Shown piece after piece: positions 39,265-52,178 of a stretch of DNA of 64,000 nucleotides. The DNA lies in NCBI RefSeq assembly GCF_006345805.1, contig NC_043011.1, positions 55,936,464 through 56,000,463 on the forward strand, given 5' to 3'. Origin of the DNA: Octopus sinensis. Taxonomy: Eukaryota. Numbering within the stretch: the first letter of the stretch is position 1; the number at the start of each line of letters is the position of its first letter. The position numbers were made by a program, and so were the translations under genes. The notes below the pieces were generated by a model. That model did not search any database. It was not told the DNA's origin and was given only the letters and a program-made list of their open reading frames with translations.

Positions 39265-40775
39265 GGCCACCAATTTCAGAGAAAAAGGAAAAGGCAATTA
39301 TATTGACCCCTGTACTTGACAGGTGCCTATTTTATCAGCCCCAAATTGATGAAAGGTAAAGTCGACCCCAGTGGCATTTGAATTCAAAACAAAGTCGGAT
39401 GTTGCTAAGCATTTTGTAAGGGGCAGTTAGGAAAATTTTGCCTGTTTTCTGCCATAATAATAATAATGGTTTCAAATTTTGGGGCAAGGCCAGCAATTCT
39501 GGGGGGGGGGGTAAGTTGAGGATATCAACCCCAGTATTTAACTGGTATTTATTCTAAAGACAGACAAAATGCAGCTAAGTATTTTGTTCAGTTGTACTTA
39601 ACAATTCTGCCAGCTTGCTGCCTTAAGAATAACAATTCTGCCAGCTATAGGCACGTGGCCAGTAATTTGGAGGGGAGGGGCAAGTCGATTACATCAACCC
39701 CAGGACTTGACTGTTACTTATTCTATTGAGCCCGAAAGGGTGGAGAGCAAAAGTTGACCTTGGCAGAATTTGAACTCAGAATGTAAAGACACGCTGAATG
39801 CCATTAGTGGTCTTGCCAGTTCGCAGCCTTGAGGAGAATAATAATGATAATGGTTTTGAATTATGGCACTGGGCCAGCAGTTTTTGAGGGGAGGGGAAGT
39901 CAATTACATCAACTTGTATGTATTTGATCAACTCTGAAAGAATGAAAGGCAGAGTTAACCATCGTAGAATTTGAACACAGAACATAAAGGCAGTTGAAAT
40001 GTCACTAAGCATTTTGTCTGGCAATGCTAACAGTTCTGCCAGCTTGCCACCTTAATAATAATCCTTTCTACTAACAGCACAAGGTCTGAAATTTTGTGGG
40101 AAGGGCACTAGTCGATTACATTGACCCCAATATCAGGCAGTGGCTCTCATGGCTGCTGATCTTAACTGATGGGAAGTGTTATCATGTACATTGTTTTGTC
40201 TTGGTGCAAAAGATGGGCTACAGCAAATATTCCACTCAATACTACAGATTTGCTTGACCATGTTCCTTCAGTTGTTTGACCGTAACTAGCTGACCATGTC
40301 CCTTAGTGGCTGACGATATGTGCATCTCTGATTGTGAACAGAAGTAGTTGGGGAGCATGATAGCTATGTGTTGAGAGGGATTCTTTGGGGTTTGAATAGT
40401 TCACCTTTGGAAACATGGGTGTTTCATTCAACATCCTTAAACAACTCTTATCAGACAGGTAACCATGATGTGTATATTGGGCTTCATATATTTGTACTCC
40501 AGTGTCACTTGGGTGGCATGCACTGATCTCTGATTCAATAATAATAATAATGATAATGGTTTCAAATTCTGGCACAAGGCCAGTAATCTTGGGGCAGGGA
40601 GTATGTTGATTACATCGACCCCAGTGCTTAGCTGGTATGTTTTTTTATTGACCCCAAAAGGATGAAAGGAAAGTCAACCTCAGTGGCATTTGAACTCAGA
40701 ATGGAAAGAGCCAAAAGAGATGCCATAAGGCATTGTTGCCTAGTGTGTCAATGATTCTGCCAGGTTGCTGCCTTA
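39265..40775 (-). mobile_element. Head-to-tail array of about six degenerate family D-like SINEs
   Basis: Repeated units (CAAGGCCAGCAATT..GGGG..CGATTACATCxACCCC..CTGGTACTT..GTCGACC..ATTTGAACTC..CTGCCAGC) are separated by (AAT)n. An unrelated repeat interrupts the array at ~40130-40520. Confidence 0.7.
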
Positions 40776-40856
40776 ATAATAATAATCATAACAACAACAG
40801 CACAACACTGACCAAGTAAATATTTTCATAAAGCAATGATTAAAATTTTTTATCAA

Positions 40857-41150
40857 TCATCATCATTTAACGTCCGCTTTCCATGCTAGCATGGGTTAGA
40901 CTATTTTGACTGAGGGCTGGCGAACCAGATGGCTGCACCAGTCTCCAATCTTGATTTGGCAGAGTTTCTACAGCTGGATGCCCTTCCTAACGCCAACCAC
41001 TCCAAGAGTGTAGTGGGTGCTTTTTACGTGCCACTGGCACGGAAGCCAGTTGGCTACTCTGGCAACGATCATGCTCGGATGGTGCTCTTGGCACCCTACT
41101 AGCACAGGCACAAGTGCCAGTAAGGCGACACCGGTAACGATCACGCTCGA
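40857..41150 (-). mobile_element. Family B SINE
   Basis: (CAT)n start, core and modules as in other copies. Confidence 0.85.
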
Positions 41151-42291
41151 GCGTCGCCCATTTTTGTTAATGCGTAAAATACTTCAAATTTCATAGTTTA
41201 TACAGAATATCATGAAGGGTGGTCACTGATTAAATAAAAGCATCTAGAATTAAATACCGAGAAGTGTGGACATTCCAGATTTTGCTTTCTCCCCACACCC
41301 TACTCATCCAAAGTAAAATGATTCCACCATATAATGGTTATAAAGCTGGTGTCTAAGATCTATATGCTTAGACACCATTAAAAATCCAAAGATATACTTG
41401 ATAGAGTTCTTCACTTAGTGAGGAAATGAAGCATCTCATTAACTTTCCCCATAAATTATAAGAAAAGATGAAATTCAACAGCATCATTGATGAAGTCTAG
41501 ACCTAAAATAGTTCCTTAGTATCAGCTTGTCATCAAGTATTCAAGTTTCTTCTCTGATAGAGCATTTATTAGAAGAAAGGTCAACAAAGTTTGATAAAAG
41601 TCCTTCACAAGTAAGCAGGGTAAACAATGTAGAAATTATTCCTGTCCCAATTCAAAGTTGAAATTTAAGCATGGGTTGGACGGTTTGACTGTGGGCTAAG
41701 GCCAAAAATCTATTAATTCTAAATCTTTGCTGCAGGAACCTGCTCTGCCCCTCCCTCTCTCATAGTAATCCCCTCATCCCTAGCATGGAGCTGACCCACC
41801 CACCTCCCAATGAGCTCACAGTACTGTGAACTGTATGGTGACTTCAATAGTGGCACAAAAAAAAAAAACATCTAGTCTACACTGTGAAGTGGTCGGCATA
41901 AGGAAGGACATCCAGCCCTAGAAACCACATCAGACATTGGAGCTTGGTGCAAGTCCTTGGACATGTCAGATCCTGTCAAATCATGCAACCCACACCAGAA
42001 TAGAAGATGGACATTAAATGATAAGAAAAGGAAAATACAACATTAATTAATGTTTTTGAAAATTAGCACAAAGACCATGATTTTAATGGAGAAGAACAGG
42101 AAGTTATAATATTCATGCCTTTCCTAAAGACATTAGCAGTGCTACTGAAGTGAAATATACAAATATAATATTAACTGCATTTTTTTTCATTTAAAGGAAT
42201 AAAAAAAAAAACTCATCTTACAATTAGCAAAAATCCACTTTTTTAAACTTTTGATTAGTAATGTATGTTTTTTTTTTCTATTTGTTAGGCT

Positions 42292-42518
42292 TTAACCCTT
42301 CATTACCAACCCGGCTGAAACCGCCTCTGGCTCTAAGTACAAATGTCTTGTTTTCATAAGTTTTGAATTAAAATCTTCCACCAAACCTTAGCCACAATTT
42401 ATGTTCCTAACACAAGCTGAATGATAACTAAGTTATTTTACTAAATTCTTTGTTATATTTAAATTAATTGAACGAAACACAAAGCATCTCAAAATAAATA
42501 CAGTAACGAAAGAGTTAA
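42292..42518. mobile_element. piggyBac-like MITE, family 2
   Basis: TTAA-CCCTTCATTAC ... GTAACGAAAGAG-TTAA, with close similarity to 61919-62147. Confidence 0.75.
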
Positions 42519-43194
42519 ACAAATTCTAATATTTCAATATTTTTAGATGGAATGTCTTCCAATGGTAAGGATTATGAAACTTCATCCCAAATTCTTATAT
42601 AATTGCAATTCTGATTGATTTATTCCATGACAAACATTGTGATTATCAATAGCTAAAGCAGGCTTGCCAAAAAAATGAGATTGCCAGTGTGGATCATTAG
42701 CTCTGATACATTTGAAGCAACAAATGTAGAGCTAAAACAACAAATCCAGTGGAATTAATATTTACTGAGAGCAACACTCATTGTACAGTTATAAGATTAG
42801 TTCATATGACCGACACATTCAATAATTAAAGTAGTTTTGAAAAAGAAAACCAACAACAGTTAATAAATTCAGTGAATAAAAAAACAAACAAGACATTGAT
42901 TCTATTTTATTTTGAAGAAAAAAATAATTTTTAAAATAATTTTTGTCCATTTTAATATAGGTTGGGTGACTTTATAAGTTTAGATATTTGTATTTTGACT
43001 AATGAAAATGGGAAGCGACACATGTCTGACAGCTGGATAGACGTGAAGGAAGATGTGTGCCAGGTATAGACTGAAAAATACTATGGCAAATATTTTAGCC
43101 ATTTCAATCAGCCACCACTGTGAATCACCAGAGCAGGATACAAGTGTAGCGGAGTTGGAAAAAGAGAAGAGTACAAGAAAAATACTTTGCAATA

Positions 43195-43549
43195 TCGAAA
43201 TCGATCAAAAATCAATGGAAATTGTAGTTGTGATACCAGTGCCGGCGGCACGTAAAAGAACCATCCAAACGTGGCCGTTGCCAGCACCGCCTCGACTGGC
43301 CTCCGTGCCAGTGGCATGTAAAAACCACCAACTGATTGTGGCCATCACCAGCCTTACCTGGTACCTGTGCCGGTGGCACGTAAAATATCACCCACTACAC
43401 TCATAGAGTGGTTGGCATTAGGAAGGGCATCCAGCTGTAGAAACACTGCCAGATCAGACTGGAGCCTGGTGCAGCCTTGTGGCTTCTCAGACCCCGGTCG
43501 AACCGTCCAACCCATGCTAGCATGGAAAACGGACGTTAAACGATGATGA
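43195..43549 (+). mobile_element. Family B SINE
   Basis: Core and (GAT)n tail. The 5' part is nearly identical to 50623-50967. Confidence 0.85.
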
Positions 43550-44678
43550 TTTATGTCACTTAAGAGCCCAAGTTCAAATCCAGCTGGTATCAATAAAATA
43601 TGAACTAGTCATGTGCTAAGTTTGATTCAATTAATACTATCCTTCCCCTTTAATATGGACCAATGTGAGAAAGCAACAGGGTAGATTAGGTGAAATTTTG
43701 GCTGAGAGTTAACATGTAGAAAAAAAACTTACTTAAAATGTGTACATACAGCAGAATATTTTACAAGAGAACTAGTAACTAAGGTAATGGTTTAGTGAAC
43801 ACAGGGTGTCAAACTTTGAAGAGGCTTATAAAAGGTTTTAAGAGAAATAGATAACCATTTAAAATTATGTGGTTATTTAAAAACACTTAAATATATACAA
43901 ACTTTAATTTGTCAGCATAGCAAACAATAATGAAATTTGTCACTTGAACAGTGCAACATTAGCTCAATTAGTAATATGATTCCACTCGTGTCAGTAACTA
44001 AGGGAGACAACTTCAGACATGTTTTGATGCTATTAAACCTCTCCAGCAAAGATCTAACTTCACCTCACTGAAATAGTGAACTGAGAATCACCAAGTCAAT
44101 GTACAATAATGCACAGGAGTAGACATGAAAATTAAGAGATTTTTAATAAATGTATCACTGCAGTTAATTACTCAGAGAGGCCAACCTAAGCAAAAACAAT
44201 AGTCAAGCTCGTGTTAACATATGTAATGCAGGGAGCAAGAAAATTTTATTAATTTTGTTTGGAAATGCTCAGGAATTAGAAAGCATGAGAAAGATGCTAC
44301 AAAATGTCAGTTTTAAAGAATTTAAATTCAATTAGTCTGTTTATTGTAGTACAATGAGTTGTTTAATAGTTAATGGTGATTAAAATGCAGGCAACATTAA
44401 ACATAAAAATAGCAGTTTATATTAGTATATATCCATCGCCATTCAAAAATAAGGGCATACAAAAATAAAATTAACCCTGCCAAATTTTTAATAATTTAAT
44501 CTTTCTGAGAAAATTAATACAAATTTCAAAAAGAGTATAATTGCAAGTGGAAATTATTTGACCTTATTAGAAAATCTATTTGATATATAACAATGCCAAG
44601 ACCATCATTATTGATAAAATACATTGAACAATTTTGTCAAATCTACAAGAAATTTTACTAGAATCATTTAACAAAGAA

Positions 44679-45003
44679 CACAAATGCAGCGTGGAAGGTG
44701 TTTATAAGCCATTTAAGAAACACACAAAAACCGTTAGATTCACTTCAACATTTAAATTTAATTTTCCAAAATATTTTCGTCACTTTGAGACCGCGACCTG
44801 TTCACTGACAAAACTTCAGTGAACAGGTCGCGGTCTCAAAGCGATGAAAATATTTTGACAAATTAAATTTAAATGTTGAAGTGAATCTAACAGTTTTTGT
44901 GTGTTTCTTAAATGGCTTATAAACACCTTCCATGCTGCAACTGTTTTCGTTCCAGCACACGATCTCAGATCAAGTCACTTGCTATGCAAGTACATTTCTG
45001 TAA
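44679..45003. mobile_element. Foldback element, copy 2, with 12-14-bp TSD
   Basis: 124-bp arms (44685-44808 and 44816-44939), a 7-nt loop and the same tail as copy 1. Flanked by (CA)TTTAACAAAGAA at 44665-44678 and 45004-45017. Confidence 0.88.
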
Positions 45004-45502
45004 CATTTAACAAAGAAAAGAGGTATAATAACAGTAAAACAAAACTGTACTCTTTCCTATCTCTTTTACACTTTTTAGTAACTCTTGATTAATTCTATAA
45101 TCTTTTATTATAATAACTGGGCAAGTCTCTCACAGGAGTAAGACAATCCTTCTGACGGATGGGTAAATACATAATTTCATTCTCTCATACATGACAAGAG
45201 AAACAATTTCTAGTAAAGTTTACAGCACCACAACCTCTTAACATTGCTTCAGATGATATTTAGCTCTTCATAACATTTCAAAAACGCTAGATGTAAAGGA
45301 AAGCCAAAGAAATACTAAAGCAGCCCAGAATATGGAATTAATATTTTCTGTAACCCAGACAATGGAATCAGAGCTGGAAATGGTTAAAGTAAGAGAATAA
45401 GTAAATCAGGAAGGAGAAAGGAAGAAAGAAGTTTAAAGAGCAGTTACTATGACATGAGCAGAGGTTTGATCAGTTATGGATGTGTTGGAGCCTAAACAAC
45501 AA

Positions 45503-45735
45503 TCAACTGTTTAGCATTCAGATTACTGACAAATGTTTTGCTTATTTATTCACATGTAAAAAAAAAAATAATTAATTATGTATTATTTTGTGGCTTAGAG
45601 ATTTCAAAAATGTGACAGTTTATTTTTAGAATGACATTGTATGGTAGGTGTGAGGAGCTGGATCTAGTCAGTTTGAACATAAAGCAAGTAGAATATTTGG
45701 GTTGGATATGGCTGGATTAAAAGCTAATGGATTAA
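45503..45735. mobile_element. piggyBac-like MITE, family 1 (degenerate, opposite orientation)
   Basis: Reverse-complement similarity to 61485-61710. The TIRs are eroded. Confidence 0.6.
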
Positions 45736-46454
45736 GGGTTTGTTTTTTTTCCTCTCTCTCTCTTGTGAAAAACAAACTTTATTAACCATGTAATTAGGAA
45801 AGTGATGCAACTTGGAAATGAAACAGGGTTACTGAAAACAGAAAAATCAGCAAAGTCTAGGTAGAAATAAATAAAGTACAGCTCATTGGATGAGATGACA
45901 TGTGAAGAGACAGAGCATAAGGAAACCGAGAGTTGGTCTGGACATGAGATGTGAATGGACAACAAGTGTTGACTGAAAACCCACCCTGTACTAACTGTTG
46001 TATGTAGCTGTGGCACAGAGAAATGGACCAAGAAATGAGAAAAAAAAAAGGGTAAAGTCAGATGTCAGGAAGTTCAGGAGTTCAAATATAGGACAGCAAA
46101 AATCAAGATGGTGTGATGCTGTATGGGACACGTGAAACCCATACCAGCATGACAAAAAAAGGCATCAAAACGATAATAATGATTGATATCAGTAAGGATT
46201 ATCCACAATGTTCACATTTGTTCCAATATCTGAGATACTGGAAAACCTCTCCAATCAACAAAATCTGACACATTCAGAAACAGGAGAAAAAAAAAGTTGC
46301 TTGAATAAGCAAACCCCTTCTTTGCTACCACTTTTGATTTGATAAGAGCCAATGAAGGCACCTGAACCTGCTGGAAATAACAGCCAAATATCCCACTACC
46401 TTGTAAAAGGAAATAAACACTGAGTTATGTACTCACACACATATATATATATCA

Positions 46455-46753
46455 CCGTGACCGACCAGGCTATCAGATGTTGCTACACATCGCTGGTCAC
46501 AATGCACTTTGCATTGTTTTAGCCTTTAAATGATGCTACCTCGCTGGCTAAGCGAGCAGGTAAACAGAAGAGAGAGTGAGAGAAAATTGTGGCGAAAGAG
46601 TAGAGCAGGGGTCGCCACCACCCCCTGCCGGAGCCTCATGGAGCTTTTAAGTGTTTTCGCTCAATAAACACTCACAACGCTCGGTCTGTGAATCGAAACT
46701 GCGATCCTACGACCACGAGTCCGCTGCCCTAACCACTGGGCCATTGCGTCTCC
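46455..46753 (-). mobile_element. tRNA-derived SINE, family A
   Basis: End-to-end similarity to 16437-16740. Confidence 0.85.
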
Positions 46754-46789
46754 ACACACACACACACATATGTATGTATATGTATATAT

Positions 46790-46835
<46 letters not shown>

Positions 46836-47811
46836 GATAGGAATATATGAAAAGTTGTTTAATAAATATAGATTATTGTTCAGACCAGATCAAGTAGCCG
46901 TGTTATCAGAGTATAAACTTCCCAGATATCAACCTTTATATATGAAGTACTACCATGGACTTTAGTTTCCCTATTGTGTGTCTTGCTTTTCTGCTTATTA
47001 TTTATTTATGTTCACGTCTCTGTAACTAATTCACAAATGCTTTGATGACATTAATAACTGCCACTATATATCACATGTACAAAATGTTCTATGCCTGCAT
47101 AAAAGATGGGATGGTCACAAATGGACAAATGGAATGCTTTTCATCACAAGTCTGCTCTCTCAGAACAGATACAGACAAACGTTTTTTGAAAAATTGTTTC
47201 TGACATCATTACAATAATGTACACTTTTCTAAACTTTCAGACTCCATTGATCTTACTTTCTCTTAATCATCCCCCACCCTGCAACAGATAATTTTTCACT
47301 AATATAAATCCTGTACCAATTCCTCAGAACCACTCAATGAACCTGAAATCACCTTCCTAACTGGCTAATACTATTATTCCACGATCCTTATCTAAGTTCA
47401 GCCAGCCAAGTTGAAACATAAGAAAGATCAGAAAAATACCAAATTCATAAAACCAGAGTTTCAAAAATACCAACACAAGGACAAACTTCTAAGACAACTC
47501 TCCCCTCTCACACATTCTCAAAAAATTAAGAGAATTTTAATTATGAAACAGTCTTTATCACAATCACCTGTTTCAAGATTACAATGGAATTAAGCTAATA
47601 CGTGTTGGAGATTATTCCATGCCATTTATCAAGCTTGGATGTTTCTGTACAGCTTCTCTGTGTTAGTCTTATTTTCTGTCAAAAGTCTCTTTACTTTCAC
47701 CTTAACCAATATCTCTTCAGTATCACACATCAAGCTTCCCCTTTCTTTATTCGATTTCATTATGTTTCTAATTAGTTGACATAAATTTGGTTTTCTAAAT
47801 GCGAAACTCAC

Positions 47812-47950
47812 CCGTCAACATTTAGTCTTCCAACAATTTCCCTTACTGTAACAATGAGGCTTTCATTTTCTTGAGGAGCTTCCAGAATGATGCAATGCAA
47901 TTTCGCCATATAAGAATCAATAGTTTCTAGTGTGGGTACTTCGTTGGTTC
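47812..47950 (-). CDS. HMG20A: HMG20-family protein, C-terminal exon
   Basis: (G)TNEVPTLETIDSYMAKLHCIILEAPQENESLIVTVREIVGRLNVD, resembling the HMG20 C-terminus. Acceptor tgtttccag. The donor GG|gtgagt overlaps an in-frame TGA (47808-47810). Confidence 0.92.
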
Positions 47951-48893
47951 CTGGAAACAACAACAGAAGAACATTGACAAAATATAAAAAATAGTCAAAA
48001 AGTTTGCATCAAATTGCATGAAATAATATAAATTGTATTTCGTTTTTGGATTTGGTTTGCAAGATTCTTTATATGAGTTCGTGTGTTGAAGCATATTCTG
48101 TTGTGTCTGGGGAGAGTCATTTTCTTTTTGTGTCTTATTATTTAACACACTCACCGGTAAAATTTCCACTTTTTTCTTATTTTTATTGTCTTAAAATTTT
48201 CGAGAGTCAAAATTATTGAAAAGGTTGCAAGACGCAACGAAAATTTTAGGACAATAAAAATATGAAAAAAAAGTGGAAATTTTACAGGTGAGTGTGTTAC
48301 ATTACAAGGCACAAAAAGAAAATGACTCTCCCCAGACACAACAGAATATAAATTGTGTTGTTTATCAAAAACAATTCTAAGTTAAAATAATACATATTAA
48401 GAAAGGAGGGGGAATGATAAAGTAGTAAGAAGGGAGGTAACCAAAAACTGACAATTTTCTATTTTGATGGTTTAGTGAGAGAGAAGAGGATTAGCTCACA
48501 GAGCAGAGAGTAAAGGCAAAGACATGCAACGGAATTGACTCAATGAAAGGTATTGAAAGGGATGGTGGTGTTGAAGGGGATGATGGATTAAATCTACCAT
48601 CCAAAAACAACAACTGTCCCTTCGACGGACTGCCACACAATTTTCTTCTCCTAAATTTCAGTTTCAAGCTTTTGATCAAGCTTATGGGAGATCAAACCTG
48701 AATCTAGGCAATGATGAAGTAAGAATATTTTTACTTATAAAGTATTTAATTTGAAATAAGATTGATTAAAGTTAGGCTTTACATATAACACAGTTTAACA
48801 ACAATACTGCCACCCTGACCATCAGGTTTTTGTATTAAGGTATTTACTTTAAAACAAGAAAAATCAATAAAAAGAAATTTAACAGAATTTTAC

Positions 48894-49109
48894 CTGGCAA
48901 TCGCACATTTGCAAAGTTAGTTGTCAAAATTGTACGAAGTGTATTTAAGTGACACTGGAGAGCCATATTGTGGTTTCTTTGTTGTACAGCTTCCAATTCA
49001 AGTTTCTCTATAGCATGTTTCATGTTTTCGATATGTTTACTTAGAATAGCATTTTGTTCTTCTAGTTCGGTGGTCTGCTTCCGTAGCTGCCGTAATTCTT
49101 GTTCACGTG
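48894..49109 (-). CDS. HMG20A: HMG20-family protein, coiled-coil exon
   Basis: (T)REQELRQLRKQTTELEEQNAILSKHIENMK...ILTTNFANVRLP, the HMG20 coiled coil. Acceptor tgttttcag, donor G|gtaaaa, 216 nt, phase 1-1. Confidence 0.95.
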
Positions 49110-49264
49110 CTGAAAACAAAAGGTAAAACCCAAGGAAATTAATTTCAAAATAAAACTTAAAACCAAATTTGAAGTAATTCGATGTTTGTATATTTTCTTT
49201 AACATCAAAATGGAACAATGTTGACGATCTTTTAAGAATTCATGAAATAATTTTAAATAATTAC

Positions 49265-49340
49265 TTTTATTATGATCCAGAAATTCTTCAGTAAAAATAG
49301 GAATATCAAACGTTCCATAATCCTCTTCATCCTTTTCAGG
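49265..49340 (-). CDS. HMG20A: HMG20-family protein, coding exon
   Basis: PEKDEEDYGTFDIPIFTEEFLDHNK, containing the conserved FDIPIFTEEFL motif. Acceptor ttacag, donor A|gtaatt, 76 nt, phase 0-1. Confidence 0.95.
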
Positions 49341-49911
49341 CTGTAATGGATAAAGATTAAAGATTAACATGAAGTCTTCCAATAATAAATATATAACCTT
49401 TAGCTGTTCAGTAAATGCCTATTATAAATTCCAGATGCACGGCAACTGATAAACTACAAGACTTTTTACTCTTATCAGCAGATATTTTGTTTCTTGTTCT
49501 GTGCTCCAGAAAATATAATAATTCTATTTAATCAATGTTTACTTCAACGAAAACTAAGTGCATCTTCTTTCCACCCCCCACCCCTGCGAAAGTGCTAGAC
49601 ATTGGTAACTAGCAGTAAAATAGGTCATTTCATAGAAATCGCTCAAGTCACAATCACATCTATTTCACAGACTACAACATTCCAGAGCATTCACATCCTT
49701 TTTGTTTTGCTTAATTCTCTCTCATGCTTCATATGAATAAATTCAATACTTTTGCATTTTTTGATGTTGAATCACAAGAAAAAGTGACACGGCCAGAATT
49801 AATGTAGAGTTTTGGCCTTACAAAGTTGATATTGAAAGGAATCTACTGCCAAAACACACACAAACTCAGCTTGGATTAAAAGCTAAGCAATATAAATACT
49901 TCCATGGGTTA

Positions 49912-50142
49912 AGGTGGTGAGCTGGCAGAACCGTTAGCACGCCAGGCGAAATGTGTAGCCGTATTTCGTCTGCCGTTACATTCTGAGTTCAAATTCTGCT
50001 GAGGTCGACTTTGCCTTTCATCCTTTCGGAGTCAATAAATTAAGTACCAGTTACGCACTGGGGTCGATGCAATTGACTTAATCCCTTTGTCTGTCCTTGT
50101 TTGTCCCTTCTATGTTTAGCCCCTTGTGGGTAATAAAGAAAC
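49912..50142 (+). mobile_element. tRNA-derived SINE, family D
   Basis: GGTGGTGAGCTGGCAGAA...GAGTTCAAATTC...GTCGACTTTGCCTTTCATCCTTTCGG...AAGTACCAG. Other copies at 7218-7424 (+), 14410-14880 (-), 25170-25380 (+) and 53176-53385 (-). Confidence 0.85.
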
Positions 50143-50174
50143 AAATATAAATACTTCCATGAAATTGTATTTAC

Positions 50175-50221
50175 CTGTAGAGCAGAACCATTTTGACCAT
50201 CATAATCTTCTCTTATATCAC
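50175..50221 (-). CDS. HMG20A: HMG20-family protein, short linker exon
   Basis: (S)DIREDYDGQNGSALQ. Acceptor ttcttttccag, donor CAG|gtaaat, 47 nt, phase 1-0, which exactly bridges the phases of the flanking exons. Confidence 0.85.
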
Positions 50222-50622
50222 CTGGAAAAGAAATATTATTTTTATTTTTGTATATTCTCATGTGTTGAGAAGAAACAATGACAGTAACGGTATTTTTACC
50301 TATGCCGGGGACATCACAACAGAAACCTGGTCTTGGATTTAATTTGTCAAGTTAGCTGTATACAAAATGTAAAAAGTACCCATGCGGGTGACATATAAAA
50401 GGCACCCATGCCAGTGACATGTGAAAGACACCCACTACATTCTGTAAAGTGGTTGGTGCTAGGAAGGGCATCTAGCTGTAGAAATCAATCCAAAACTGTT
50501 TGGAACCAGGTGCAGCCCTCTGGTTTACCAACTTCGGTCAAACCATCTAACCCATGCCAGCATGGAAAACAAACATTAAATGATGATGATAATGAAGAGA
50601 AAGTAATTAAATAAGTAAAACC

Positions 50623-50967
50623 ATCGAAATCGATCAAAAATCAATGGAAATTGTAGTTGTGATACCAGTGCCGGTGGCACGTAAAAGAACCATCTGAATG
50701 TGGCTGTTGCCAGTGCCGCCTCGACTGGCCTCCGTGCCGGTGGCATGTAAAAATCACCAACTGATCATGGCCGTTGCCAGCCTTGCCTGGCACGTAAAAA
50801 GCACCCACTACAGTCACAGAGTGGTTGGCGTTAGGAAGGGCATCCAGCTGTAGAAACACTGCCAGATCAGACTGGGCTAGTGCAGCTTCCTGGCTTCCCA
50901 GACTCAAGTCGAACCGTCCAACCCCTGCTAGCATGGAAAGCGGACGTAAAACAATGATGATGATGAT
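50623..50967 (+). mobile_element. Family B SINE
   Basis: Core and (GAT)n tail. Preceded by a degenerate copy at ~50380-50592. Confidence 0.85.
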
Positions 50968-51837
50968 TATTAAAGTGAAGTACTGTAAGAGGTATTGTGA
51001 AAAAAAAAATGAAAAAAAGAAAGAAAAAGGAACCATTCAAAATGTCTATATTTTTGTTGTTTTATAGATGAGAAGTGATTTTGATTAATGTCATTAAAGA
51101 CAGCCATGCAGTAAATTAAAATGTCAAGTAATGTTTCTATGTGTAAAATGAAAAACGGATTTATGAACAGTTTAGAGCAATATGATGCAGAAAGACTTTT
51201 CAAATTGGAAACATCTGAAATATGTATTTGAGTCACAAATACCATCTGGTTATATATGTAATGGCACTCGCTTTTTTTGGAAATCAAAGACAAGAGCTTT
51301 TCTTAAAAATCTATCAAGGCTTATGAAACAACAATATTTTTATATGATGGAAATGTACATGTATTTGTAGGAAGCCTTCCATCTTTAATTCCTTAAAAGA
51401 AATGTCACCTTTTCTAACTTATTTTATTAATCTCTTCTGCTGAGCCACTAAATTACAGGGATATAAACATACCACACTGGTTGACAAATGGTGGTGGTAG
51501 TGGAGGGCAAATACAGACACACACACATATATATGATAGGTTTCTTTCAGTTCCCATCTACCAAATCAGCTCACAAAGCTTTGGTCAACCCGAGGCTATA
51601 GTAGAAGACATTTACCATTCAGTGAGACTGAACCCAGAACCATCTGGTTGGGAGGCAAACTTCTTACCGCACAGTTATGAAGAAAAAGTTTTTAATTTTA
51701 ACTTGACATAATTATTTTTTAATCAATATTATTTCATCCAAGGAGTGTTTTTAACTATAAAATTATTGAATATTACATAAATTCCAGACCAACTCTTCTT
51801 CAAAGACTTAAGAATATCCATTATTATTTTAAATATT

Positions 51838-52178
51838 TTCAATTGTAGTTGTGATATCTGTGCTGGTGGCACATGAAAAGACCATCCGAATGTGGCCGAT
51901 GCCAGCGCCGCCATTACTGGCTTCTGTGCCGGTGGCACGTAAAAAGCACCAACCGATCGTGGCTGTCGCCAGCTTCCCCTGGCACCTGTGCTGGTGGCAC
52001 GTAAAAAGCACCCACTACACTCACGGAGTGGTTGGTGTTAGGAAGGGCATCCAGCTGTAGAAACACTGCCAGATCAGACTGGAGCTTGGTGCAGCCTCCT
52101 GGCTTCCCAGACCCTGGTCGAACCGTCCAACCCATGCTAGCATGGAAAGTGGGCGTTAAACGACGATGATGATGATGA
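51838..52178 (+). mobile_element. Family B SINE
   Basis: Core and (GAT)n tail. Confidence 0.85.
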
